Under the pieces are notes generated by a model. It was not told where the DNA came from, ran no database searches, and saw nothing but the letters and a program-made list of their open reading frames with translations. Below, one piece after another: positions 47,024 to 59,956 of a stretch of DNA of 64,000 bases. The position numbers and the translations under genes are program-made. Origin of the DNA: Craspedostauros australis (taxonomy: Eukaryota); NCBI GenBank assembly GCA_030167865.1, contig JALAGF010004219.1, forward strand, positions 1-64,000, given 5' to 3'. Position 1 is the first letter of the stretch. The number at the start of each line of letters is the position of its first letter.

Positions 47024-48682
47024 TTACTTGTCATCTTCCGTGTGCTCCTCACTCTGCACCGCTCGTCCACCTGCTGCTTCCGAAAGGCTCATTTCGTAGA
47101 GCATACGTTCGAGCTTTTCGATGCTGCGACGCAGCTGGTCGCTCTTCTTGTGGACGATGTTCGGGGCACGCGCCATGCTTTGGATGGCGACATGGACGGA
47201 GCTGTTGGCGGTCAAGCACTTGCGGACGCTCTCCATGTCGCGTGCGGTTCCGCGTTGCACAGCGTAACGTCCGATCTCACCTGTCAAGTCGCAGATGCCA
47301 CCGATGTAGTCGACCGGCTCGATGGGGACGTTCCCAAAGTCGTCCTTCCCGAGGATGATGCAACTCGGCATGTCAGATGCGGGCGTGTCGGCTAAGGACT
47401 TTCCCTCCCCCGGTTGTCCGCAAAGCCACACCTGGAAGAGCTTGGCCTCAACGTACTCCTCCAACACGTTGGCGAAGGATCCGTTGCGCAGCGGCGGTTC
47501 CTCGTTGACGATGGGCAAGAGGTCGTTGTGGATGCAAGTTTCGCAGGTTGAGATCAGCTTCTCCGCCTTGGCCAGATCTCCGCGATGCAGCGCGTAGATG
47601 GCCTGCTTGGCGGCCTTCTGACCATCGCGGCACTTCTTGATGAGCACCTCTCTCTTCTCATCGCGCGCCTCCACGCGCTGTCGGATGGCTTCGAGCTCGT
47701 CATCGGGCATGGCCGTGTCGGCCTTCTGGCGCTTGCTGGACGGTTCGCTGGCGTCCACGTCGTCGTCGCCGGACTCCTTGGCCGCGCATCCCGTGATGGA
47801 GAGCTCGTAGAGGATGGTCTCCAAATTCTTGAGAGCGTACTTGGTGGAATCGTACCTGCGACGCAACGGGCCGTTGCGGAAGTTGAACTTGAGGAAGTAA
47901 TCCAGCAGCTGCTTGACCAGGTTGGTGGTCTGAACGACGGAGTCAAAGTCACGCGCCGTCGCTCGGCCCATGCCGTACCGCCCGAGGTCGTGACAAAGCC
48001 CCATGCAAGCACCGGCAAGGTATTCCTCGTCCGTGGCGTACGTTGCCTGCGAGGGTGGCAGCAACGCTCCGTGGAGGAGGAAATGCTGGAAGGACTTGTA
48101 CCGCACGTAGTCCTCGATGCGCGAGGAGAGGTTGGCCTTGCGTGGCATGCGATCGGCGCCAGAACCGTCGGGCACCACCGATGCCACGATGCTGGCAAGC
48201 TCCGCATCGATGTCCGTTGTTGGCTGCCTCATCTCGATCTTCAGCTTGGCCTTCACGATGCCTTGCTCGATTTTGCGGGCAACGTCGAACGTCTCCTGAC
48301 GTTTCTGCTCGGTCTCCGCGCATTCCTGTCCCAGAGCTGTGAGATCCAGGACGGCGTCGTCAGTGCAGTACTTGTACGGTGGACTTGGCATGGTTTGATG
48401 CAGAAGTGTCGACAAGCACCGGTGCTGAGATGCGGTCGCTGCGAAGGTTGCTGCTACTGTTGCTGTTGCTTTTGGTACTGTCGATACTATTGACGCTGTT
48501 GATGCTGTTGACACTGTTGATGATGGGGCTCTGCTGACGCTGCCCAGTCTGGGAGCGAACGCTTGCACTGAGAGAGTGGAGCTGCTTCTGATGTGGGAAA
48601 GGATGAAGCCAGTCGCGACGATCTGTCGGCTCAGATGAACGAAGCTCTGCGAGATTACTCTGGAGTGTGGGATGGATACCAT
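47024..48682 (-). CDS. Translin-family protein with two tandem domains (translin-like then TRAX-like)
   Basis: Domain 1: EEYLAG..GLCHDLGRY..GRATARD...FNFRNGPLRRRYDSTKYALKNLETILYELSITG. Domain 2: DEKREVLIKKCRD..KQAIYALHR, LEEYVEAKLF, DYIGGICDLTGEIGRYAV, KKSDQLRRSIEKLE. ATG at 48682 or 48391. Confidence 0.85.
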   Translation of the reverse strand: MVSIPHSRVISQSFVHLSRQIVATGFILSHIRSSSTLSVQAFAPRLGSVSRAPSSTVSTASTASIVSTVPKATATVAATFAATASQHRCLSTLLHQTMPSPPYKYCTDDAVLDLTALGQECAETEQKRQETFDVARKIEQGIVKAKLKIEMRQPTTDIDAELASIVASVVPDGSGADRMPRKANLSSRIEDYVRYKSFQHFLLHGALLPPSQATYATDEEYLAGACMGLCHDLGRYGMGRATARDFDSVVQTTNLVKQLLDYFLKFNFRNGPLRRRYDSTKYALKNLETILYELSITGCAAKESGDDDVDASEPSSKRQKADTAMPDDELEAIRQRVEARDEKREVLIKKCRDGQKAAKQAIYALHRGDLAKAEKLISTCETCIHNDLLPIVNEEPPLRNGSFANVLEEYVEAKLFQVWLCGQPGEGKSLADTPASDMPSCIILGKDDFGNVPIEPVDYIGGICDLTGEIGRYAVQRGTARDMESVRKCLTANSSVHVAIQSMARAPNIVHKKSDQLRRSIEKLERMLYEMSLSEAAGGRAVQSEEHTEDDK

Positions 48683-49763
48683 GCCCTGGAAGACTGACTT
48701 GGGTTGCGATCTTGTGGGTCCAGGGTTTGTCCTGAGACGAATACTCGTGTGGAGTCGTCGTGCTGCTTTCGGGGGGAAGTGTTGTGCAGGACACCCGTCG
48801 GGATGGTGGATCGCAGAGAAACAAGGGCGTGGAAATGATGGTGGGCACGTGAGTGGGCTCGATAGTGGATGCAACTATGGTGATGTAGCGCTTGTATGGC
48901 AATGACAATGGTACTCGCACGAGGACTCTCAGCGTTGCGTTGTTCGTCGGTTGGATCCTTCACGAGAGTGTGGTTCTGCCCCCATCTTGGTTCTTCTCGG
49001 AGCCCCATCACCGCGCCACGAACACGAGCGTTTGGTGGGTGGTTGTGGTGGCCGCTCGAAGATACGACCGACAGATCTGCCCACATCTCTCTCCGATTTT
49101 GTGGAACGGTTTGTCTCCCAAAAATCTCGTGACACACGATTGAACTCCAAACACGAATGCAACAGACTGGAGATATAAAGGCTAATCTATCTCTTTTAAC
49201 GAACATATGTGACAATAGTCTAGAACATATTGTCCGTAAATGTTATGTCTCCACGAACACATCGTAGCTCCATGTTGGCAGACGAACACGGTGAACACAA
49301 TCGAATTCCTCTAACGGACACAAGCGCGATGCTGAAGCTGTTCGTAACCACCACGGACACTTCTGAATTCAAAACAAGAAAATGTCAGACAAAAGGCGAG
49401 CAGAACTGCCCCCACAAGCGCTGGAACTCTTGGCGAGGGACACAGAACCACAGGCACCCACAAGCACCAAGGTTGATTTTCGCCTGGAGCCTGGAAAAGA
49501 CAAACGACGAACACCTCCAACTCTTCAACCCATCAGGACTGACACACCATACGTACATAGCTCATCCTCGTGCTGGTAAGCGACAAGCCACTTGCGAGAC
49601 AGAAGAGCGAACGATCTCGGGAGGAAGTCGTCGAGAAGCGAAGCAGAGCTTGGGTTGCTGACCCGTTCGACGATACAGTACGACACGGCGCATCCGAGTA
49701 CTCTCTGCTCGTAGGAAACGGACGCCTTGGCGCACAAAGAGGGTTGCGTGCAAAACCACCAGC

Positions 49764-51308
49764 ATGGCGATGTCACAGGACTCGCCAGCCAAGATCGAAA
49801 CCAACAAGAAGAATCGCAAACGACGAAGGCATGCGATCGAGGACGACGACAGCAGCGGCAGCGGCTCGACTTCCGAAACGAACGTGATGAACAGTCATGT
49901 GTCGAAGAAGCCATCCGAGCAGGCTCTCCAACACCAAGGCCAGCGACACTCAGACGAGATCATTGCAACTCGAAAACAGCATGGCGCGCATCAGACCGTG
50001 GACGATGCCATGGCCATCACTCAGATCGATGGTGCGATCAGCCACAGCCTGTCGACAGGAGCAGGAGAAGAAGGAGCAGCAATTATCCCTCCACCAATAC
50101 CACCACCGAACGGAGGAGATGGATCTGCTGCGACAGCTGGAGCGAATACAGTCGCCACAATACTGGACGATGAGGATGCGATCCTGGCCGACCTTGACTT
50201 TGAAATTCAACGAGCGGAAGAGGATGAGTATCTGGACTTGCTCAAAGCTCAAATTCGACAGCAGGAGATGGCAGACGCAGAACTTTCACCTTGTGTCCTT
50301 TGGACAGTCCGCCCTGGCGAGGATGTCCCGCTGGCTGGAGAGGCAGACGAAATGGACGCCATGAAAGCATTTGCGAAGAAGCGACAGCAGCTACGACAAG
50401 CTCAGCAGCAGCAGCAGCACAAGAAGAAGAAGAAGGAAAAGAGACGCATAGGTTCCGAGTCTCTCGTGGAAGAAGTGTCTGGCCCTCCCAAGGTACGGTT
50501 GGTAAAGCGCATTCCGTGGATCGCCTCGATGACCAGCCTGAGTCTCGACTATCCTTGTTTGGACGTCTCGGTGGATATCATTCGTGTTCTGTGCAAATCC
50601 ACTCTCGGGGCAATGCAAGTACCAATGGCGTGGCTCGAACAAATCGAGATCAGCATTCGAGACGACCCCAGCGACAAGTACTCATGCTATGTGGTGCTGG
50701 AGGGACCATGGGAGGTGATGCATGAGAAGATAAGGGAGGCGTTCAAGCAGATTCTGCAGAAAATCTTGAAAAATCAGACCCTCAGCTTCAACATAGCCTG
50801 CGTGCTGGGCGACCCGATGAGCAAGGAAGTTGACATACCGATATTGGCAGGGGAATCGCTGAATGCCAAGGCAGAGAGCGAATGCTCGCTGAACCGAGAA
50901 AAGTTGAAGGAGGCGAATTCAGGACGCTCCTCCTCCAATCTCATTCCATCGGGGGTGTTTGTGGGTAGAATCAAGCCACAGAGTCCACTTCACAAATACT
51001 TGAGCGTATCACCACCACCCAAAGGTAGGACTCACGCAACTTCAGTCCCACCATTGGGCTTTATCATCATGGGCGTGAACGGAAAGCTCTGTCCAACTTT
51101 GACCGATTACAAATTGCACGTTCGGCAGGCGAAAGAGACACGACCCTCCGATAACATCACGATCAATGCGTGCGTCCCTTCCTTCGTCAATATCATAGGT
51201 GATCTGACATGGACATACCGTGGCGACAAATCGGCGGCTCAGCAAGGCAAGGCAACGGGCGCGTCGTCGACGACACCGCTACCGCATGACTCGTCGTTAG
51301 TTGAAGCA

Positions 51309-51343
<35 letters not shown>

Positions 51344-54300
51344 TACACCAATGGCAATAGCAGCAGACGAAGCTGAGGAACCGACGTCAGCATCAGCATC
51401 GCCGATTGGCCCATCCGCAACCGAATCCGCGAAACAATCGTCGAAAAAAGCAAACGGGACACGGAAACACAAGAAGCCAAAACCATCGTCGAATGGGACG
51501 AATGGAGTGCCCCAACGACAAGCACAAAAGTCAACCAATGACGCTCGACTTGCGTCTGGTTCTGAAGCGTCATCTTCGTCTGCTCCAGCGGCAGCAGCCG
51601 TGCCAGAAGCACAAAAGAACCGCTCGAAGACGAACGGCCGGGGACCGTACACCAGCTTCGAGCTCAAGACTCGCCAGGCACGTTTGTTTGAGTTCGGGGA
51701 GGCTGGTATCCACAGTCAAAAGTCTGCGTCAATCATGTGGACACAACATAAGATTCAGTTTGGAGCTGACTCTCCCTGCGACGAGGACTGCGAATGCCCC
51801 TACAGACTTCCAACATTATGTGAAGACCTCATAGAAAAGCACATCACGAACGAGCTGAGAAGCAAAAAGAAGTCTGTGGTAGATAGGGAAGCAAGGGGCA
51901 CTGGGTTCATGCAATTCTTCGCAAAGACATTCATCCCATATCTTCGCGAGGAGTACCCCGATGAAGGACCAATCGCGATCCTGAAACGGCTGGAGGAGAT
52001 GTGGCCACTTCACAAAGCTCAACGAAACTTCGGTTTGCGCTGTAAAAAGAACTGCCTCTGTTCCACGGGCTGGGAGATGGTCTTCAAATGCGGCGATCCG
52101 AAAGGGAGGAACAAGACATCGCGTCCCAAACCGTCCACTCACGTTGCGCCGAACACGGCGCTGCCGTTCCAGCCATTGAAACTTGTTCCAGTTTCTGCTG
52201 CTGCTGCTGCTTCGAAGGTGCCAGCTGCCTCATCACGGAAGCCGCAGTCGTCTTTGCTGGGGAGCCTCGGCAAATTGATGCAGAAGAAGATGAATCAGCC
52301 AAAGTTAGATCTTCTGGGCAATCTGCCAGTGAAGCATCGAAATCCGCGCAAGCTCTACGAAGTCACGTTTGACACGAAGAAGCCGCTGGGTGCCTACTAC
52401 ATGACCTCCAGAGTGGAAAAGTACGATGTCTGCAAGATCTATGACATTTTCCCAAAAGGTCAGCATCAGAAGGATAAACGAGTCAGCGTTGGTGAGTACT
52501 GGAACGTCGCGCAGGGCGTCACTTGGGCACGATGCTTGACCTTCGGTGTTGGCTTGAGCCAATCTAGACTGGGGAGTGTGTCATGACGCGGCGTTGTGCA
52601 TTGTGTCTCTCGCTGCACATGCGATGCTTTCATGCATGAGCACATTGGCTGAACTGCAAGCATTCTGCTGTGGTATGGTATATTAATGCTGTCCTTGACT
52701 ACATGTGCATCTGTGCTTGAGCATGGAGCTTTGCTAATGTGCATGACACTCTCGTACTTTACCATGCAATTCTACATCCGATCTACCTCCGACCCCATTC
52801 TTATCGTGGCTCACCATCGCACCATTTCGGTTCTTCGACGTCAACATTCAAACTCATTCTCTACTCGATTCGTCTCGACTCTTCCATCATCATTTTCTCT
52901 CTCCACCGTGTCATGCTGTGGCGCTCCATGCATTTGCCATCCGCGCCCATTACACCTGCGCGGCTTTGCATGTCAAATTCATATGCAGGATCTATCGTGT
53001 TGGGCGCCTTCATCCCTGGCGCACCTTTGGAGGGCCTCGCGGTCCGTGACGGCGCGCATCTCTCCAAGAAGTACGAGGCTGCGAAGAACACGAACCAGCC
53101 CATCACATTGATCATGACGAATACCGACGTTCGTGATGGTAATAACCAAGGCCGCGCAACCATGAAAAACTGGTCCGCCACAGGGGCATGGCAAGGTAAG
53201 GCAACCAACGGGTGGCCAGGAGGGGCGCCCGTGTCCAAACCATGGCATCCCAAACCATTCCAACCGAACCAAGGTCATGCAACACAGAATGCAAACGGCG
53301 TCGGTAACAGCGGCGGCGCCTATTACGGGCCAACTACCCCACAGTATGGCAATACTGGTATGCGTCCGGGGAATGAGCACAGCAACCAGGTGCCTCACCA
53401 TAACCAGGACCAGGCCCAGGCCCAATCCAGCGAAATGGATACATTGAATGTGCCGCCTCATCTCATCACGAATCGCCAGCCATACAGACCAAATCACCGA
53501 TCCGCTGCCCCAACGAAATCGCTTCTCAGGGCACCCAGAAGCGTACGCACACAGATAACCCAGGCGCAGCCGAGAACAGTGAGTATCAATGAAGACAGAA
53601 ACGAATTCAAACTCATCGCTCCACCGCAGATCGTGAACAACGAGCAAAACTGGGAACAGAACAACGAAGCCACCGAGAAGGCCAGCTGTCATGCTGCGTT
53701 GAAGGATGCGGTACGGATCGGCACAGTCCACGATGTCATCGCTGTCCTTGAAACCTCGGGCAGCGCCATGCATCTCGATTTCAAGAATCTGAAAGTCGAG
53801 CACGATTACATCAAACAAGTGCTCGAGGGTTCATCCAATTTCCATAGGTTCATGAAGCTGACGAAATGGGGCGACGAAGAAAGCGCGCGGAAAGATTTGG
53901 TACTGAAGCGAAAGGTCGTCATCCTCAACATCAATGCGCGCCAGGTGATCTCTCAAGCTATGACACTGAGACATTGGAGGGTGTTTGACTTTCATATCCG
54001 CAGCATCAACACGATCTCACAGCGTAACTTTTCGAGGCACCAACATGGCAAGAAGCGGACTCTCACCCTGCGATTCCACAGGGCGCTTGACGACAAGCAC
54101 AGAGACTTGGTAAGTGTGTTCCCTTTCGCCACCTCATTGCGATGGCGCCCGTGTCCTCGTTGGCTCACTTGATTTTGTGTCTGTGGCAACCTTGTGGAGG
54201 GGTGTGTCAGATTTGATCTGAGTTTATCAAGTCGGGTGACATCGTCGTTCGCGCCGATGGCTTCGCACATATTCTGATGTTGACCGTTGACTGTTGACTG

Positions 54301-55207
54301 TTGAAACGAAGAACGCTGTGCGCGCCACGTTTCCGTGTCGTATCCACATGGTTCCCAAATTAAATCCATGTCATGCTCACCAACAAACCTTGCGCATTTC
54401 TCCCGGTTCGTCTGCGGCCTGCTGAATGTACTCTGATCGTATTTCGCCCCTCCTCGCTCGTTCATCGCTCTGCACCGCTCTGCACAGGATGTGGACGTCC
54501 CGGAGAGACAGTTCGCCGACTGGATTAGCTTCGATACGGAAGACAGATCCAACCGCGTCACCTTCCGCATTCACAACAATCACGGGCTTCGTGCGATAGA
54601 GAACCGGATACTTCGGATCGTGCTTTACAGCGGCCCGCAAGTTCAACAGCATGGGCGGAAGAGACTGTGCTCCATATCAGTGCCGATGACCGCGTTGGAG
54701 GAAAAGTGGAAACGTAGAAATGGCAATGGGTGGTGCTCTCATCACGCAAGCTTCCACTACAAGGGTCGTGATGAAGAACTGAAGGGCAACGTCGCCTTCG
54801 AATTCCGATCCACCTCTGTCGCCCAAGAGTATGTGCAAGAAAAGATTGCCCAGGCACGGCACAAGATCGTCGAAGTGCTTGACGATATTAATCGGTTCAA
54901 CACTGAGAACCACATGCCCTTGTCGTGCGACATCAAGGGGGTTGACAACCAGTCACTCCTGCATGCCGCGATCCAGCTGAGGGATGCACCCCTCGTGGAA
55001 AAGCTGGTGAAGATAGGCGCAGACCCTCATGCGGAGAGTAACTTGGGGTCACCGATCGATTTCGCTCAAAAGCAGCTGAGCCGGGCAGAGGGTAAGACCA
55101 CGAGACAATCTTCGAATGGAGGGGCTAGCGAGAGACGCAAGTGGGAAACCATTGTGAAATGCCTGTGCAGCGCTGGCGATGCGGATGCCGATGTAGACGG
55201 GTACTGA
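49764..55207 (+). CDS. Large uncharacterised multidomain protein (PDZ-like, HMG-like/Cys repeats, C2-like, C-terminal ankyrin); exons 49764-52491, 52989-54109, 54488-55207
   Basis: Introns GTGAGT(52492)..GCAG(52988) and GTAAGT(54110)..ACAG(54487) keep frame. PDZ-like GVFVGRIKPQSP..IIMGVNG and YEVTFDTKKPLG..KIYDIFPKGQ; ankyrin SLLHAAIQLRD..LVEKLVKIGADP. Domain labels are tentative. Confidence 0.72.
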
Positions 55208-56763
55208 TCTGTGACCGCTGACCCCCTGTCCGCTGAAGGGTTGAAAGCGGGAGCGATGTCATATGGTTGCCTCGGGGTAGCATGAGTATGTAATCCGGGC
55301 GGCCCGGATTGCGATCGTTTTGGGCGCCGTTGTTGGTGGCGGGGAGGACGCATGAGAACGGGAATGACGATGCCGGATTCAGCAGGGCAAGCACATGGAT
55401 TCTGCCAGAGAGTACTCCACGAGCTTGCAGTTGATTGGTCACTCCCCATCAGCGACAATGCATCATCGTGCGCAATCACTTGTGAGTATACTCGTACACG
55501 TACATGGGCATCACATCGCTGGCACTTGTGTCATGCTTCTGCTCTATGCCTCGGCTTGTGGTCGTGGCAAGACGCATTCCGGAGGTTGGGGAAATGGTGG
55601 CAAACCCATCGCTTGCGTGTTCGCATTCTGGTGAAGTTTCGTCACCAGTTGTTGGGGCATAGCCTCTGGAATCGAGCCTAGACAAAGCGTGCCTTAGCAA
55701 CAGGAAAAGTCGAATTGCTCTTGTACGGTACACACTCGTCCATCAGAGCTCGCCTTGACCGACCATCATAGTGCACGATGGTGTGGAGAAATACGAGGTG
55801 CGAACGGAGATGTGTGGATTTCATCCCCAAAGGATGTATTGAACCACTGGTGCAGTTCTGGCAAGAACCACAACAGGAGGAGAAATGAACATGGAATCAC
55901 CTCCTGTGGTGCTTTCCAAACCATGCATGGTATATCATACTCCTGTGTACATAGTACAAATGGAGGATCACAAACAGCAACAAAGCGTTGCATTGACGTC
56001 ATGCCACGCCATGCACAAGGGTTGTTGGTGTTGGCAACAGAGTGGTGGTATGGATCACTGGCTGTCTGTCTTCGTATTGCTGTCACGCTTTGTCAGTCCC
56101 AATCGATCCCAGCGTGCTTTGAATTTGCACCTTGTCATGGCGTGCACTCACACAAACAGACACGATCACGAAATCGGTTGCTCAACAATTCGTGTGTGTC
56201 ACACGAAAAGTTTGTTTTCAACATTCAAAAAAGCCGGGTTTGATGGGACCGAATTTCGTTTTAGTCACGACGGGCATAGTAGTCATCCGAGTCAACAATC
56301 CAAGGTTGATCGAAACGATCTCGAGGCCAACCAACCAAATCCAGCCATCAGAAACCAACGAAACCAACAACGAAATCTGTCCAGACCAGTCAAACCAACC
56401 ACCACCAACATCCGCGTCGTCGCAGTTCCCACCAACATCTATCGTTAGTCGCACGGCGTCACTCCCTGCGCCAACACGGACATCGACATCGACATCGACA
56501 TCGACACCGTCATCTCCATCGTGCCCATCATCTCCATCATCAAGCAAGGCATCTTGAGCATCCATCTCGTCATCCACGAAGTGTAACTTTCGAGCTGAAC
56601 AATCCGCCGACCGACAGCCCGCAACCAAGTTCTCCCCTTCCCTTCAGACCAACCACACCATACTGCTCTGCAGACCCATCAACGACAACACAGCATATCA
56701 TAGCATACCATTGTATAGCAACGCATCGTTCACCAACGTAGCGCACAGCAAGGAATCACAACA

Positions 56764-57525
56764 ATGAGCGGCGAGGAACCAACCAACGAGGGACCCGATC
56801 TCAAGTCCGGCCCATTCACGGTGTTGTACAACGCAGTGAGAGGCAACACCCAGATCTTGGTCAACGTCCGAAATAATCACAAGCTGCTGGGCAGAGTGAA
56901 GGCCTATGATAGACACATGAACCTGTAAGTGGTAGGGCAGGCGCAGGTGCATTCGGAGCAGCTGATAGCCATGGATGCGGACGTGATATTGTGTATGCGC
57001 TTGCATGATGCGTATGCCTCTTTGTTGATGAACGCGAAAGTCTCACCTATTCTGCTGTCCTCTTTCTGGTGTCATTCTTTGATGTCATGTGTTCCGCTCC
57101 ATTCTCCTGCGTTCAACTTCGCTATTCACCCTGTTGCTGCTACCTGACGGCACATCTGCGATGCTACGCAATGCTGCAATGTGGCACTTCACTACCTGCT
57201 GGTGTGCTTGATGGGTATTGACGGCGATGGCCGTGGAATCCATGCATGGAATATCTCAATATGATACGTTGCACGTCCATGCACTTCCGGAAACCAACCA
57301 CAAATGTGTGCATTGTGCCTCGACGCAACGCCCTGCTTCATTCATCGCAGTCTGTTGGAGGATGTGAAGGAAATGTGGACTGAGACGTCGAAAGGAGGAA
57401 AGGGAAAGAAGCGAGGGAAGTCCATCAACAAGGACAGGTATATAAGCAAGATGTTCCTCAGAGGAGATTCCGTCATTCTGATCGTCAGCAACCCGGCTGC
57501 TTTGGCGGAAGGCGGCGGCGATTGA
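56764..57525 (+). CDS. SNRPD2: Small nuclear ribonucleoprotein Sm D2; exons 56764-56924 and 57351-57525
   Basis: [50 protein letters not shown]...[23 protein letters not shown]. Intron GTAAGT(56925)..GCAG(57350). Confidence 0.95.
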
Positions 57526-58319
57526 TCTGTTTGATTTTCTCAGCTTGCCTCCCCCCGAGCACGAGAGAGCCAATCTTCGAACACACAAGGCAGCATCTAA
57601 CCATTTTGGTACTAGCACGACACAAGCGCACCATCTAACAGCAGTCCTCAACCAACCAACCAACCCACCAATCATACCCTCGTGCGTGGATATATGTAGT
57701 ACTTGTGCCAAGAGCATGAGGTGACTATAAGCGCAGGGTGTTTAGCACACGATTCGTCCTTCAGAACATTTGGCATCATTGCACACGCGCCCAGCGAGTG
57801 TGAATACTTGCGTGCGGACTCTGGCATGCTCTATCGCACTCACATGCACCATCCGCACATAAGTGCATTCCCCCATTGCCGTGATGGCGATCAAAGAACA
57901 ATCTTGATTCATACCGTAGCTCGTACATACCTACATGTTTGGACCCACTGGTGTCGCCTTCGTGTTGCAGCAGGCAAAAGATGGGGCAGGTGCGCGTTTG
58001 GCTCTGATCCGTATGGTGTTATACTTCACTGCTGTGGTACACACTACATCTATACATACACATGCTGCAAATCCTCCATAGGTATTCCGGGCGGTTGTCC
58101 CAATGCTCTTAAACTCCAAGATCTCTTTGCTGATATGAACATTCGAGATCATCTCTGGAAGCTTCTGGAGAGAGGGAGGCACCATGTAGCACAATAACCG
58201 CATTCTCACAACGACTGTGGACCTGCTCTTTGATTCTAACTGCATCCGTCTCCGAAGACAGAGAGAGGGGTGGGTGAATGATGGTAGAATAGTTGTTTGT
58301 TTACTGCTCATTCATAGTT

Positions 58320-59455
58320 TTACTTTCCCGCGGCAACCTTCGCGGACTTGCGGGAGGATCGTCGCTTGGAGATCAGCGATCGGCGGGTTTCTCTCTTCTC
58401 TGCAAGACGCTGGGCGACGACCTTCTTGTAAGCGGCGGCCTCGTCCTTGTTCTTGAGGATGCTGTTGAGCATGGCTGCCTTGCGGGCACGCTTGCGCTGC
58501 AAGACGAGTGGGGTCACGAGACGCTGGATCTTTGGTGCCTTGCGGATGGAGACGCCCTTCTTGTTGGTGAATTGACGGTGAATGACGTACTTGCGGACAT
58601 CATCATCCTTGGTCAAGTTAAAGAGCTTGCGGATGTTGTTGGCACGCTTTGGTCCCAATCGGCGTGGCACGCTGCCGTTTGTCAAACCCTCGATCTCCTT
58701 GTCTCCGATCTGTGTGACGACGAGGTTGAGCACGGCGATGTCGTGTCCGACGATGCTACCGCGGACGGCCTTGCGCTTTCGCTCTCCGTTGCGGCGCTGT
58801 CTGTAGGCCTTGTGTCCCTTCTTACAGAGGAGACTGACACGGGTGTTGGTGAGGACACCCTGACGCATTGGGAAACCCTGCTTGTCGTTTCCTCCGCTCA
58901 CACGCAACACGTATCCCTCGAATTCATCTCCGAGCACGGCACCATCGACCTCCTGGGCCATTCTGCGGTCGTACAGGTTCTGGAGACGCTTTTCATCATC
59001 GATCTCGATGATCTTTTGCATTCCAGTGCTTGGGCAGGCAATATTGATCTACGGGTACAACGGGAGCGTCACGAAAGCCGTCCAGATTGGGAGCACCAAC
59101 ACACATCGCAGTAATCATCCACCACCCATGTTGTCATCGAGGTTCGATCGTTCACCACAACCGAATGGAAGCGGTGCGTTAGACGTCGCAGTCACATCGA
59201 GAAAGGGAAAGGAAGGGAGATCATGAAATGCATCGCGTGAGTGCATGCGTCCAGTGCTTCTGTACATCGATTCCGCGAGCTGCGTTCCCTCATCTCGTTG
59301 CATCCCGTTCAGGGAAAGCGGCTCCAACCATCGGTTTTGCTTGGCGCAACTCCACCGTTCCAGCACTATTGCGGCAACCGCCCATTCCGGACGTCGCAGC
59401 CGCACACCACGTTGCAACCATCGCCGTCAACATCATCCCATGGTCGTACCTTCAT
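58320..59455 (-). CDS. RPS6: 40S ribosomal protein S6 (eS6); exons 59455-59450 and 59048-58320
   Basis: [21 protein letters not shown]...[16 protein letters not shown]...[10 protein letters not shown]...[18 protein letters not shown]...[11 protein letters not shown]...RRSS. Intron GTACGA(59449)..TAG(59049). Confidence 0.97.
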
Positions 59456-59956
59456 GGTTGCGACGCTTTCTTGTAGGCTTCCTTCTGTTCCTCCGTCGAT
59501 GTAATCAACAACGGTGCTGAGCAAGGACTTGGGCGATGATGTTGGGCTTGTTTCCGCTGTTCCTGCTGTTTGGCTTGTCGATGCTTTTGGTCTGCGCTCG
59601 TTTTGGTGAAGCGTCGCGTGAGAACAGTCCGTTGAATCGACTAGGCAGGAATAGTAAGGAGGTAATATCGAAACAGGGGTGAAGAAGAAACCCAAAATTT
59701 CCTGTGCATCCCCCTCTTCATGTTCCACTGCCCCCACATTAGTCCAATCGTGGATAAGAGTTTGCCCGAAACACGTTCATCAAGAGCGACGAATCACAAA
59801 ATCATCAAACACCACAACCACACACAGAATGCTCGTACCGAACAAGGGGAGAGAGGGAGAGACGCGGAAGAAACGTCAAACCGCATTCCGCAATACTTTG
59901 CTTTGCTTTCTGCGTTGCCTCTCGCGGAGAATGCTTCCGGCATCGCACCGAATGTG

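Noticed and set aside
55208-56763. ORFs of 100-190 aa in the gap before SmD2
   Set aside because: Overlapping, motif-free and partly built from (CATCGA)n low-complexity sequence; treated as intergenic/UTR.
59300-59440. Possible C/D snoRNA in the RPS6 intron (and similarly in the SmD2 intron)
   Set aside because: Only imperfect C boxes, no terminal stem and no rRNA guide that I could recognise.
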